NCBI GenBank assembly: GCA_013239625.1
Contig: MU053216.1
Coordinates: 2,818,943-2,882,942, forward strand
Source of the DNA: Lama guanicoe
Taxonomy: Eukaryota
Reading direction: 5' to 3'
DNA length: 64,000 bases
Shown: piece by piece, positions 36,846-48,224 of the stretch
Numbering within the stretch: the first letter of the stretch is position 1
How the letters are laid out: each line of letters opens with the position of its first letter
Program-made: the position numbers and the translations under genes
The notes under the pieces: generated by a model
Seen by the model: the letters and a program-made list of their open reading frames with translations, nothing else
The model's database searches: none
Told to the model about the DNA's origin: nothing

Positions 36846-38556
36846 CAAGGACCAATCCTACTTACTGTAGACCTTACAGAACTGTTTAAACATTCAGCTC
36901 ACATACACACACATGTGAATAAAAACACAAGTAAAAAGGAAACGTATCAGTCTGCAAAGCTGAGCTGACAATAAACAGGGCAACTACACAGGCCCCTGGG
37001 AGGAGACATAAAATTTTAAATTCATAATTTTTTAAATGCAGCAATCACACCCAGCTGTCTCGCAGCAGCCGTCACGTGCAACGACACAAACATTCCTGCT
37101 CGTCTGTAGGTGCACGCAAGTGTGCACTCACCCCTGAAAGCAGGCGTGCATTTGTATGTCTTTTATATTTGGCTTAAAGCATCATGTTATCAATTTCTGC
37201 CATTTCAATTAACTAAACAAATACCAAGAAAAAATTAATACACACAAGATGACCATCTATAAACGATTAGTCACTTTGCCTTACTTTCTATCTTAAAATA
37301 CTTATCTATAAATCACAGGGGGGAAAACAAGATTGTTACTTCCTGTGTGATGACAGCCAACCTGAGATCCTTGATTCAGATTCGCATGTCTTAAAATGGC
37401 CCACAGCCAAACTCTTTCTCAGAAGTGCATCTTGCTACGTGACCCTCGGAGAGATTTATACAGTGTGTTAATGCAGTAGAGGCAGAGAAATGCATGCAGC
37501 TCTGCTCAACCCAGAATCTCCCCCAAAGCATTTGCCACAAACCTGTTTCTTCCGTGGATATTTTGTAGACACTGTCGTGGACATGAGGACCAGGGGACCT
37601 CAGTGTCCTGAGATCCCAGCCTGTGATGTGCAACTGTACATATATATTAAACATAGAGATGAAATCAGATTAAAAATCCTGGGCTTCACCCCTGCAAATT
37701 CTACCGAGTGGATCTGAGGTGAGAGGTGGCTGGGGCAGTGGAATCGTCTTACAGCTCTGATGATTCTGGCGGTGAGAAGCAAGAGCTAAGGGTGATTGGT
37801 GAAAACACTTCCTCATGCGTGGCCTCGTTAAAAACATTTCTCAGAATAGGTTTATTTTTGTATTAAGTGTGTCTTTATTTCTTAAGAAAATGTCCATTTT
37901 CCTTTATAAAAATCCAGGGATAAATACCAAATTTATAAAATATACTCAGGATAGCAAAAACTATATTATATTATATTAATTTTTGGGAAGCATATGTTTT
38001 CATACCTCTTCACTTCCTCCAGGGTGGGGCACGAGCATAATCAAAGAAACGAAGAGTCACCAAAGGACGCTTGCCCAGGTGGTGACATTGTTTTATCAGT
38101 GTCTTCGGTGCTGTTAGTAGTTTTTGCTGTTTGTTAACCAACTACTGGGTGGGCGGTGCTATGGTAAACAAGGGCACGCATTTATCCAATCAGAAACCCC
38201 ACAAAGCAGATAGCATGGTCCTCTTTTTACAGATGAAGGCTCTATCTAATAAAGATATTCATCTATTTATTAATAAATAGATGAAGGCTAAAGAGCTCAG
38301 AGCAGAAAGAGTTTGGTTTTGAATGCAGATCCGTCTGACTCCAAAAAGGTCCAAGCTTGTTCAGCTAGACACTCCCACAAGGGGAACATGCTAAATTCTA
38401 AATCCAGTAGCTGCACTAAAGAGATCCAAGATGAGTAACGTGTCGAGTGTGAACCATCAAAGTGGGATTCGGAGTAAGTCACGCATCGAAATTAAGTTTT
38501 ACAGAGTGCAAATAGCTGAACAATGGCTATAAAAGAGGTAGATTCTTATTTTTTAG

Positions 38557-38600
38557 NNNNNNNNNNNNNNNNNNNNNNNNNNNNNNNNNNNNNNNNNNNN
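38557..38600. other. Assembly gap (44 N)
   Basis: Run of N. Confidence 1.
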
Positions 38601-38949
38601 GGGGTGAGGGGGCTGTGAACAGGCCTGTAAAAAACCCAACACCAAGCTATGAACTTAGCCTTCAGTGTTTTCACCCAAATCTTCAAAGAAGGAAAAAGAG
38701 AACATGCCGGAAAAGGGCTTGCTCTGATTGTGCCCATGCTTCAAAACGAAACAACGGAACAAAGAGCTTGCGCGGGACCAAACCTACGTCCCCTAATTTT
38801 TGGTGACCTAAATACAAGATAACAAGGAAAACGCAGATCAACACTAGGTTGCAGTGAGGAGTCTGCCCAACAACTGGTTTCCCGTCTCACAGAAGGGTCC
38901 GAGGGTCTGCTGAGGCCCCAGGAGTGCAGGGAAGTAAAAGCAAACGCTG

Positions 38950-39214
38950 GGGCGGGGGGTGGGGGACGACGGGGTGACGGAGGGATAAATGGGGAGTTGG
39001 GGATTCGCAGGCACTACTGCTGTGTACTAAACATATAAACAGCAAGGTCCTCCTGCACAGCACAGGGAACTGCAGTCAGTACCTTGCAATCAAACAGCTT
39101 ATAATGAAAACGAACACGAAAAGGAGTATGTATGGACACCTGAATCACCAGGCTGTGCACCAGAAACTAACACAACATTGCCAACCGACTAGACTCCAGT
39201 TAAAAAGAAAGAAA
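38950..39214 (+). mobile_element. LINE-1 3' end with TSD
   Basis: ggagggataaatggggagttgggg...cagcacagggaact...aactaacacaacattg and A tail. TSD aaaagcaaa(c/g)gctg at 38936-38949 and 39215-39228. Confidence 0.87.
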
Positions 39215-40857
39215 AAAAGCAAAGGCTGATAAACGCACTACTAACTTCTCATTTCCTGGTGCTGAAAGCTCCCGACAGAAACACTTGATTGACTTTCAGA
39301 ATCATTAAAGGAGCGGGGCCTAACGGGAGCAGCTTCCCGCTCAGATAGACGAGGTTTCAGCGGCTCTTGCCCCCGACGGCTCCTCGCACGGCCAGAGCAG
39401 CGGCAGCGGCGCTTCTGCGCCTGCGGTTTCTCCCCTTCGCTGCACTTCTGTTTTTCTGGTTCTGAGCCTTTATAGGAAAGGAAGAGGTGTAGCCTGTGCG
39501 GTTAGGGAGCGGGCCTCTGCAAATGGTGCAGCGCGTCACCATGGCGCCGGCATCCTCCGCCCCACGTCGGGGAGAAACCACAGCGACTCCAGCCGACGGT
39601 GGGGCTGGCTGATAAGGCCAGGAGCTGCTGCGAAGCTGGATGCAGGTTGCTGTGCTTTTGTTTCAATGAAGAGGTGGTTCCAAAACGCTGAGGACGAGGA
39701 AGAGGACTCGTTTCCCTTGGAAGCACTTCGTTTGGAAAAGCGCTTGCCAATGACATTTTAATGTGAAAAAAAGAGCTCGATCCAATCTTATCTCCAGTAA
39801 CATAAAAAGTCACCCCCTCCCAGGCCCGTGATGAAATCTGATTCATTAATTACGTAGTGCAACTTGGAGAAAAGAGATTGCCAGTAGAAGAGAGATGGCC
39901 TAGAGGCCAGTGAGGCAGCCGCCCTGTTTGTAAATAGAATGCGCACTCCTCTCACCTCAAGACGATGAAATGGCCAAGTAGAGTGGAGGCGAGGCTATTT
40001 TGAAAAGTGCAGAACCCTTCACCATCTCGTACAGCTGTTCCTCCCCCCACAACATACCACATCAACCCTACTGTCCCGAGCTGGAGGAGGGAGGTGACTT
40101 CCTTAGTGTCACACTTGGAGTCTCGTGAAAGGTCACGCCGGAGAAGCAGAAGCGTACGGAGGGGCTCGCTGCCTTTCCACGTCACCTGACACTCTTCAAT
40201 CAACAATTTTCCACGCTGAGTATTTCTACCGACTGTCTAGGTCGTTGCTAAAAGTAATAGTTTCAGGGCATAGAAAATACTAACCTAGTGTATGAACATC
40301 CAGAAATCACCCGTCCTGGAAAAGGTCAGGAGACCATTTTTATTTGACTTTTACAGAAAGGTTCATATTGGGTGAGTTTTTCATGCCTTTTTCTGTCAGG
40401 AAGGTTTTCCTCTGTCTTGAGTGAAAAAGGAACAGGTTTTTGAATGCCTGCTCCCCTCGGCCTACCTCTGCGTGATCAGCGGTGTTACTCTTGTTTTATA
40501 AACAAGGAAAGAAAGAGACGTGACGTTGAAATAAATTGCTCCAATACAGAGTGAGTGAGTAACTGCCAAAACTCAGTCACAAGTTTGCCAGACCCCAAAG
40601 CACCTGCGTTTTTCACCAACTGAACAAGGCCACCTTCTGGGAGTGGAGGACTCCACATTCACTTGATGTGATCTTTGCACTTTGAGTCCACGGTCGAGAA
40701 CACCTCCTCTCTGGGCTCTGGGCTCCTTTCCCTTCCCCCGCCTCCTCCCTGGTCCAAGCACCCATCCTGTCCTCATTCTCCAGCCTTTGTACTCAGTTCT
40801 GAACTGTGACTGCCCCGCCCCCCACACGCATGCCGGATACAGCCACTGCGTCCACCT

Positions 40858-40930
40858 TCTTTTTCTCAATGGAGGTCCTGGGGGTTGAACTCAAGACCTC
40901 ACGCATGCTCAGCACGCGCTCTGCCACCCC
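40858..40930 (-). mobile_element. Vic-1-like SINE fragment
   Basis: gggggttgaactcaagacctcacgcatgctcagcacgcgctctgccac. Confidence 0.8.
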
Positions 40931-43491
40931 ACGAGTCCACTCTTAGAAGGTGCTGACATGCGCTGTTTTCATTCAATTATTTTAGTAGCAGATTCTAAAA
41001 TCTTTACTATTATTACTGAAAACCCTTCCCAGTCCAGCTCTGACTTGCCTTCCCGATAACAGTATCAATGTGCTTAACTGAAATCACTCGTTTCACACTC
41101 AGCTCAAATGCAATTTATGGCAACCCAGCAGGATTTAAGCACTTGGCGCCTTTCTCCCTGTCAGTTTAACCTGACCCTAGCCTGCAGTATCTTTCCTTCT
41201 TTTAACAACCCTGGAGCCATCCTCCAGACTTGGTTCAAATTCCAACTTCATAGCAATTTCCTGGGCTCCCCAGGCCACTGAGGTCTTCTGACTTTTAGAA
41301 TAATAATTGTGTCGCACTCATGGGGATGTTGGTCATAAACTGACTTTAATTAGTTATCTTTTTACGCAGACTGGTCCAGTTAGCTCACAGACTGTGAAAA
41401 CAGCTCAAGGGAGTGTGACCTTGGACAGGTGACATACCCTCTCTGAACAGCAGTCCTTCTTCAGTTAATCTGTAATATCTACTCATCAGGCTCTATGCCT
41501 GTTCGATAAGATACTGTCTGTGAAGCTCTTAGTTAAGCGCTCAGCCCTTGAGTAAGCGCTGAGCACTTCCTCACTTAGGAAATCAAAAATGGTCCTAATC
41601 ACTGCTTTTGTCACCACCATCGCAGTGACCACCTCTGGGCACTGGACTTCTTAACTCTCTGTGTGTCTCCTACAGGCGCCGGTGAAACCGGCACCCCTCG
41701 CATTTCCGCAGCAAAGGCTCGTCTACGGAAGGTAAATAATAAATACCTCGGGTTTTGGTCTTAGTCGAGCTCCCGCACGCGTTCCCTCAGTGACACAACT
41801 TTGAGCAATGTGATTTTGAAACTCCCCGTAAGATATGGGATGTGTAATTCCTCATTTCACAAGACGGTATTGTGGTTCCTCTTGCCATTTTCATGTGCTT
41901 CTGAATTTTCATATACATCGATATTTATGGCCTGCGATGGAGAACAGAATGCAAAACAATGCCCAGAACGACCTGGGCTTTCCTTTGGGCTCAGCTGGCC
42001 TGGCTTTGAATCCTAGCTCAGCCCGTCAGGACATGGTGCAGGTTAAAGAATGCCTGTGGGCTTTGTTCTCCTTGTGCAGAGACAGAATCACACACCCAGT
42101 GTGTGTGTGAGTGAATGGGACGATGAGACGTAGTGGTGGCACAGGGCTTCTCGAAACAGACAGCAGGCACACAGGTGGTGTCAAATAAACATTCATTCCA
42201 GTCAACACCATCCATCCCTCTGCCTTTTCCTCCTGGTGGCCATCGATGGTGACCCTTTTGCAGTGGGCACCAGGGACCCAGTGGTAGTTAGAGCTCTTCT
42301 AAGAGGCTCTTGGGGCTGAGCCATGTATTCATTTACTTGGCCCGCCAGATCTCATTTTGTTTTTAATTATGAGGTAGGTAAAAATCTGTACCTGCTTACT
42401 GTCTTGAATTCTGAATTTCCGCATGATTTTTCCTATGGTTAATGCCACTTGTGCTGGGCAAGAAATTTGAGAGTCCAGAGTTCACAGGCAGAATGCGGTA
42501 TTCCGTGTGCCCTTGGCTTGGATGCTCTTAGCACAGGCAGTGCTGTGTTTTATGCATTCCTTGTGCACTCCCCTCACCGCGTGGAGGGCTTTAAAAACAT
42601 CTTATCGAGATCAAGGCTTATAAGTGACAGCAAAGATACCAGCCCTCAAACACACATGACTTCCCAATCACCTCTCACCCATGATTCTATCTCTGTAGCA
42701 GCAGTGGACACGGCTGGGCCCCACGGGCTCTGAGTCCCAGGCTGCCCCTCCCAAAGGCGCTCAGACACCAGGGCCGTGTCGTCTGGGTCCCAGACATCAG
42801 GCCATCACCTAGAAAACTACCCCAGAACCCCTCACTGACCGCACAGATGTTAAGTTTGACACATGCACCAAAAAAAGATTGTCACAGCTGGACGGAAGAA
42901 GACACAGCCTCTTGTCAGCCTCACGCTCAGTTCACTGTCCCTCCTCACTGACTGGCGGAGACACTCCCCAAAGGCAAAAGAACACCATAGGCTTTTAAAG
43001 CGGTGCTAAGATCATCGCCCTTTCAGACCCTCGGAGCACGGCTTCTCTCTGCCTGAGAGCTCGGTGGCCGGGGCCGGCCTGGGTGTCCACACAGCCCACC
43101 AGGCTCCATGCGCTGCACTGAGGCTGGTTCGACTGAATCAAGTTATTTAAAAAGCACAAAACAACAACTGCAAGCCCCTCAGTAACACTGGAGAGAGGAC
43201 ACGGAGGGGCCCAAGTAAAACTGCTCTTTGCGGGTCTGTTTCCCACGACAGCCGAGTCTTCTACTGCCTTTTTCACGTTAAGGCACAGTTTTAATCTCAC
43301 AGAGCACCCACAGCCTTGAGTTTGAGGCACAGCCCTCAGTTCTGAGGCAGGAATGGTATTCTGATCATCGGCAGAGCTCTGGACATGCTTATGGGACATC
43401 AGCAGGGAGAGCAGAAGTGAGCCCACCCGTTTCAGATCCAGGCACGCAGCCGCCGGTCAGATAAAGCTGGACTTTAAGAGTAAGGTTGCCT

Positions 43492-43598
43492 GGGGGAGGG
43501 GAGAGCTCAATGGTGGAGCTCATGCTTAGCATGCATGAGGTCCTGGGTTCAGTCCCCGTGCCTCCATGAAAAAAAAGGTAGAATAAAAAAAAATTGTT
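43492..43598 (+). mobile_element. Vic-1-like SINE
   Basis: agctcaatgg...catgcttagcatgcatgaggtcctgggttcagtcccc with A tail. Confidence 0.87.
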
Positions 43599-45099
43599 TA
43601 AAGACCGAGTTGAAGATTAACCTTTTAAGAAAAAGAATAGGGGCGCTGTCATCCTTTTGTAGTGATAAACCCTTCCAGAGAAAATGGACCACTTGGGATT
43701 GAATGATCAGTTCATTAACGTATTTTTATAACTTACACCAAATTCACAAAGATAGAAAAATAATTCTATGCCTGATCTATGAAAAGGAAAAAGATTTATT
43801 TTCATTTTGTGCATCACTTTGTCTGATTATGCTCATCTCCTCCAGTTGACCCTAATCAGGGGGGCGATGAGGCCCAGATCAAGTGGGTTCTTATTGTTAA
43901 CGAGATGTTGTCAATGGCATAGACTTTTTAAAAGAATAAAAGCTAAATGTGCTCACAGCTTTTCACAGATGTGGACAGCATCCTTCACCTAAGGCAGTGA
44001 CGGTGAACTTGAGATACTGGTCCAGACGCCCATAAAAAGCAGACACAGTCTTGAGGCCAAAGAGGCAGTGCCTTTTTTACCACATGTGAGGAGTAAGGAA
44101 ATGAGGGAAATAAAGGTCTTTGGTTTAAGAAGATAAATTTGGATTCAGTGGAAAGTGTGTAGATACAATTTTTTCCAAAAAAGTTGTAATTGCTCCTTTA
44201 CGGTATATCCAGTGAATACACAGAAGTCTGCTGACCAAAGAACCTTTCCTTTAAGGGTTTAGCCCCCATGTGTGCACGTAATTCATCCACAGTGTGAAAA
44301 ATCAGTGAATTAAATGTTTGGAGAGAAGTATCTGTGAATATTTAGTGACTCCAAAATTCTTAAATTTGGGTTTGCTTTTTAAAAGATACCAGCAAAGTGA
44401 AAAAAAAAAATCTATGTCTCACAAACCTTTCTGTCTCAAAAAATCTATGTCTCACAGAAGCTCATTTCTGGGGAAATTCTGTTTCATTTTGAGAATATAT
44501 TCTTCTGCATTCTTTCCTCCTACTTTGTTGATTTTCCATAAAAGACTGCATTCCTTAATACCACTGGGGGGTGAGAAGAACAAACTCTTCCATTCTTCAG
44601 AATAACAAACTGAGGGTGAGAGCGTGGACTTGGCCTCTGTCATGGAAACAGGCAAAACAGCGTCTGTTTGTTTATTGAAAACAAACAGTTCCCTCTTTAT
44701 TGACGCACCCGAAGTATTTTCAAGTTCATTTGATGTACATGAGTCCATGTTCGATGCTAAGGACACGCGGTCCTTGGCCTCAAGCAACCTACAGGCTATG
44801 AGACACACAGTCACAGTGATGCAGTCATAACAGCACTAACGCACCCAGCACGTACGTGCCAGGCGCCGCGCCAGGCGGCCCGTACCACCTGTGTGTGTGG
44901 ACCACGTGTGTGAGCATCCTCCATCACCGCAGTCACATGGGTATGTGTGACCATTATCCCGATTTCAGAGCCGAGGAGAACACAGCATCACACGGCTTGT
45001 CCAGGGCACTTCACCTGGTGCGCGGCAGAGACAGGGCTGAGACCAGACAGGACGGTGCCGAGTCCGTTCTCCCCATCACTGGGCTGCCACCACCTGGCG

Positions 45100-45560
45100 A
45101 CCTGCCAAGTGCTGCAGTGAGCCAGGTGCAGCGTGCTGGGGAAGGAGAAAGAGTGCCTAACCCGGCCTCGGGGTGCTCGTGGGTGATACCCCCCAAAAAA
45201 GCAATGTCTAAGTGGAGGGGGACCCGTGGGCGTCGGACAGGAAGGGAAGACAAGTCGTTCAGAGCAAGAGAAGAGCGTGGCCCACAGTGGAGAACCCAGC
45301 ACAGCTCAGAAAGTGAAAGTTGTTCTTCGTGGCTGGAAAGCCAGCAGCACGGTCGGTCAGAAGGCTAGCAACATTTCTGGAAGCGAAACGCACGGCCGCT
45401 GGCAAAGGGCCTCCTGTTACAGCCTCAGGAGTCTGAGCGTTATCCTCAGGCAGCAGGAGCCACGGCAGAGCCCTGAGCCGGCGAGTGGGCCCTCCTGGCT
45501 GTGCCGAGTGGAGTTCGGGGAGGGGAGAGGAGGCCGGGGCCAAGGAGGCTGCAAGAAGCT
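45100..45560 (-). mobile_element. LINE-2 fragment, probably continuing at about 46080 after a MaLR-like insert at about 45570-45980
   Basis: aggagtctgagcgttatcctcaggcagcaggagccacggcagagccctgagc matches the recalled L2 antisense segment aggagtttggactttatcctgagggcaatggggagccactgaagggttttaagc. Confidence 0.6.
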
Positions 45561-46079
45561 TCCAGAAGGCTGGCTGCTCGAACACTTTCAGTTGCAACTA
45601 ACAACAGCAAAACAAACCCAACTCAAACAGAATAAACACTAAGGGACTGATTATTTCACCAAAAAGGGCCAATTCAGTGGCTCAGCAACAGTGCCAGAGC
45701 CCAGGGTCCTCCTGTATTTTTTCTCTGACATTCACAGGCATCAACCTCAGTGCCCTCAAGGTCTCAAAGTGACGAGGTGTCACATTCTCACAAAATAGCA
45801 ACCAGAGACAGGAAAGGGGCCTCGCCGTCCTTTTGTTTCTTTTTAAGACCCAGGACGCAGCTTCCCCTAAACCTCTTAATGTCTCATTGGTCTAAATCGT
45901 ATCACTGTCAAAGGAAAAATGGTCACCTTGATTCACTTTGACCAACCAGGACCTAAGTGTAGGTCACATGGAAACAGCAAGATCTAACTAAACTTTAAAT
46001 CACTCGGAAAGGCATGAATAGCTAAATAATTAAATAAACACAAAGTGAATTTGTTTTTTTAAAAAGGAAGTTTTCATGA

Positions 46080-46930
46080 GCCAGAAAAACACAGAGGTGC
46101 GGGGGACGGCGATCTCAGGCCGTCCTGCCGGAGGAAGCCAAGCGGTCTGCGGCGGCGGCCGTGGGCAGAAGGGGGGATTTCAGGAGCTTTAAGGCTACGG
46201 TCTCGGGGATGTTTTATGACTAAATGCTGAGCTGCGGGAAATGGAGAGATTCAGCGCACATCCTAAGTCCCTGCCTTGGAGCCTAGCTGTGGGAAGGCCG
46301 ACAGCATTCACTGGGCCGGGGAGCGCGAGGGCCGAGTGGGCCAGTGGAGGAAGCCGCGGCGTCCGGCTTGGGGCGTGCGTGTCCGCGATGCCGGTGGCGC
46401 TCCAGCCGGGGGCGTCCGCCGCGCAGCTGCACCAGTGGGTCTCAAGGCAGAAGAGCAAGCAAAGCTGGGGAGACAGACGTGGCAGCCAGCACCCTGCACA
46501 AGGCGGGTTGGCGGCGGGATGGCCCCCGGGGAGACGCCGCCCCAGCGCTAACGGAGCCAGCAGGAGAGGCGCCGCCCGAGCGCTGCGGAGAGCGCGGCAG
46601 CCCCGCGAGGCCGGGGTCGCGCCCTGGGGCAACTAGGCGAGGCGGGCGTCCCAGCGGGAGGAAAGCTGGCGATGACGCCCGCGCGCCCGGAGAGGCGGAG
46701 GGAAGCGAGGCTCCCCTGGTCCAGGGCATCTAGCGTTTCAGAAGCCAGGCGGCCGGGTGGCGGTGCTTGGCTGTGAAAGCCAGCAGTTTCGGGGGCGGAT
46801 GGGGAGAAGCGGCCAGAAAGCAGTAAGCAGGTGGGTGGACGGGAAGCGAGAGGGCGCAGCCCACGAGGCTGGAAAAGGCCTGTGAAGGGAAAGGCAGAGC
46901 TCAAGAGTAACCGAGAGACACAGAGCGGGA
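46080..46930 (-). mobile_element. LINE-2 remnant that is now a CpG-island-like GC-rich patch
   Basis: Several collinear L2-like blocks (gagccagca, agcagtttc, ctgtgaaggg) in very CpG-dense sequence. Confidence 0.65.
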
Positions 46931-48084
46931 AGAGGGTTTTAATCTGTCAGCTATGCTGCCCTTACAGTGACTTCTCCGAAATTGTGTTTTGATGATATTA
47001 GTTACAAATTGTTTTGGAGCTTACGGGGGAAAAGATCCCTAGATTTAAAAATTGTAATGTAAATATTTCTGAAACATATTATGTACTAAATTCATTAGGA
47101 AATTATTTCAGCCTTTATTTTTCAGCCTTTGTTTTTAATTTTAAGTAGTCAGTGTGTCCAAAGCTATCTTATGTTTCACTTTTCAATGTATTTCTTCAAT
47201 AGGATTTTCTTTTATTACCAACCTTTAAACCCCAGACTGACCAGGTTTCACATAGGAAGGTGAATATAATTTTTATACCTAATGGGATTGTAGAACATTA
47301 TTAATCAGATATTATAAATATGTTATCATGAATTTGGGTTTCAATGTCTTTCCTTAAAAATGCTGATGAAAGGCAAAAATAGGAACATTCATATTCAGTA
47401 TTTAAGCTGGGTCTGTCATGTGGCCCCCCCAAGCTGTGCCAGAGGTGCACTTGTGTGACCACACTTGCAAAATGTCCAGATCACTACCAAAACTCCTGAG
47501 GTAAGTATAAAAATGAATTCAAAGCAGAAGCTAGGAAATACTTTTAGATTTCACTTAATGTCAAAAAAAAAAAAAAACCCCAGCATTTGTTCTCATAGTT
47601 GTGAAATCAGATGTTCACAACAGAAAAAAAATAAAAGGGGAACATATATTAGCTTTTCTTTATTAAGGTCCTTGGAGTGTTGCCAGAAAAGTATCTGATC
47701 AAATCCATCCTTTTCCAAGTGCACTTTTCAGGACGATGGGAGTGTGAGCAGATGTGGAGAAGAAGAGGGTGTAGTTTGGGAAAAAATGACTCCATCGTTT
47801 ACTGGACATTACAGCTCAGAGACTTGCTTATGAATTCAGTTAAAATAAAACTTGTTTTCAAAAAATTTCCCAGTAGTATCTTTGTACAAGAAACAGATTT
47901 TTCATCTGCTGATGGGGGAGAAAAGGGGTCTTGGAGTGTCTACAGGAAGCCCTGGATTTGACCCTGGCTCTGCTTCTGAAAGAACAGAGAAGTCAAGGGT
48001 CCATATCTGTAGGATTCAGCAAGGGGAGGCTTAGCAAAGGCAAAACATGGTGTGAAAGCAATGTAAAAATTTGAAAAATGAAGC

Positions 48085-48224
48085 GGGGAGGGTAGAGCTC
48101 AGTGGTCGAGTGTGTGCTTGCACGCAGGATGTCCTGGGTTCAGTCCCCAGTCCCTCCATTAAATAAAGAAGGAAATGAACCTAATTATCCCCCTAAATAA
48201 CCAAATAAATAAATGGCTCCAGAA
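48085..48224 (+). mobile_element. Vic-1-like SINE
   Basis: ggggagggtagagctcagtgg...gggttcagtcccc; imperfect TSD taaaaa(t/c)ttgaaaa(a)tgaag. Confidence 0.87.

Noticed and set aside
36276..36968. Several 170-200 aa ORFs
   Set aside because: Artefacts of a simple repeat plus an N gap.
44405..44457. Short direct repeat aaaaaatctatgtctcaca, two copies
   Set aside because: Ordinary small slippage duplication.
46195..46904. Overlapping ORFs in most frames
   Set aside because: Stop-codon depletion from extreme GC content in an L2-like patch.
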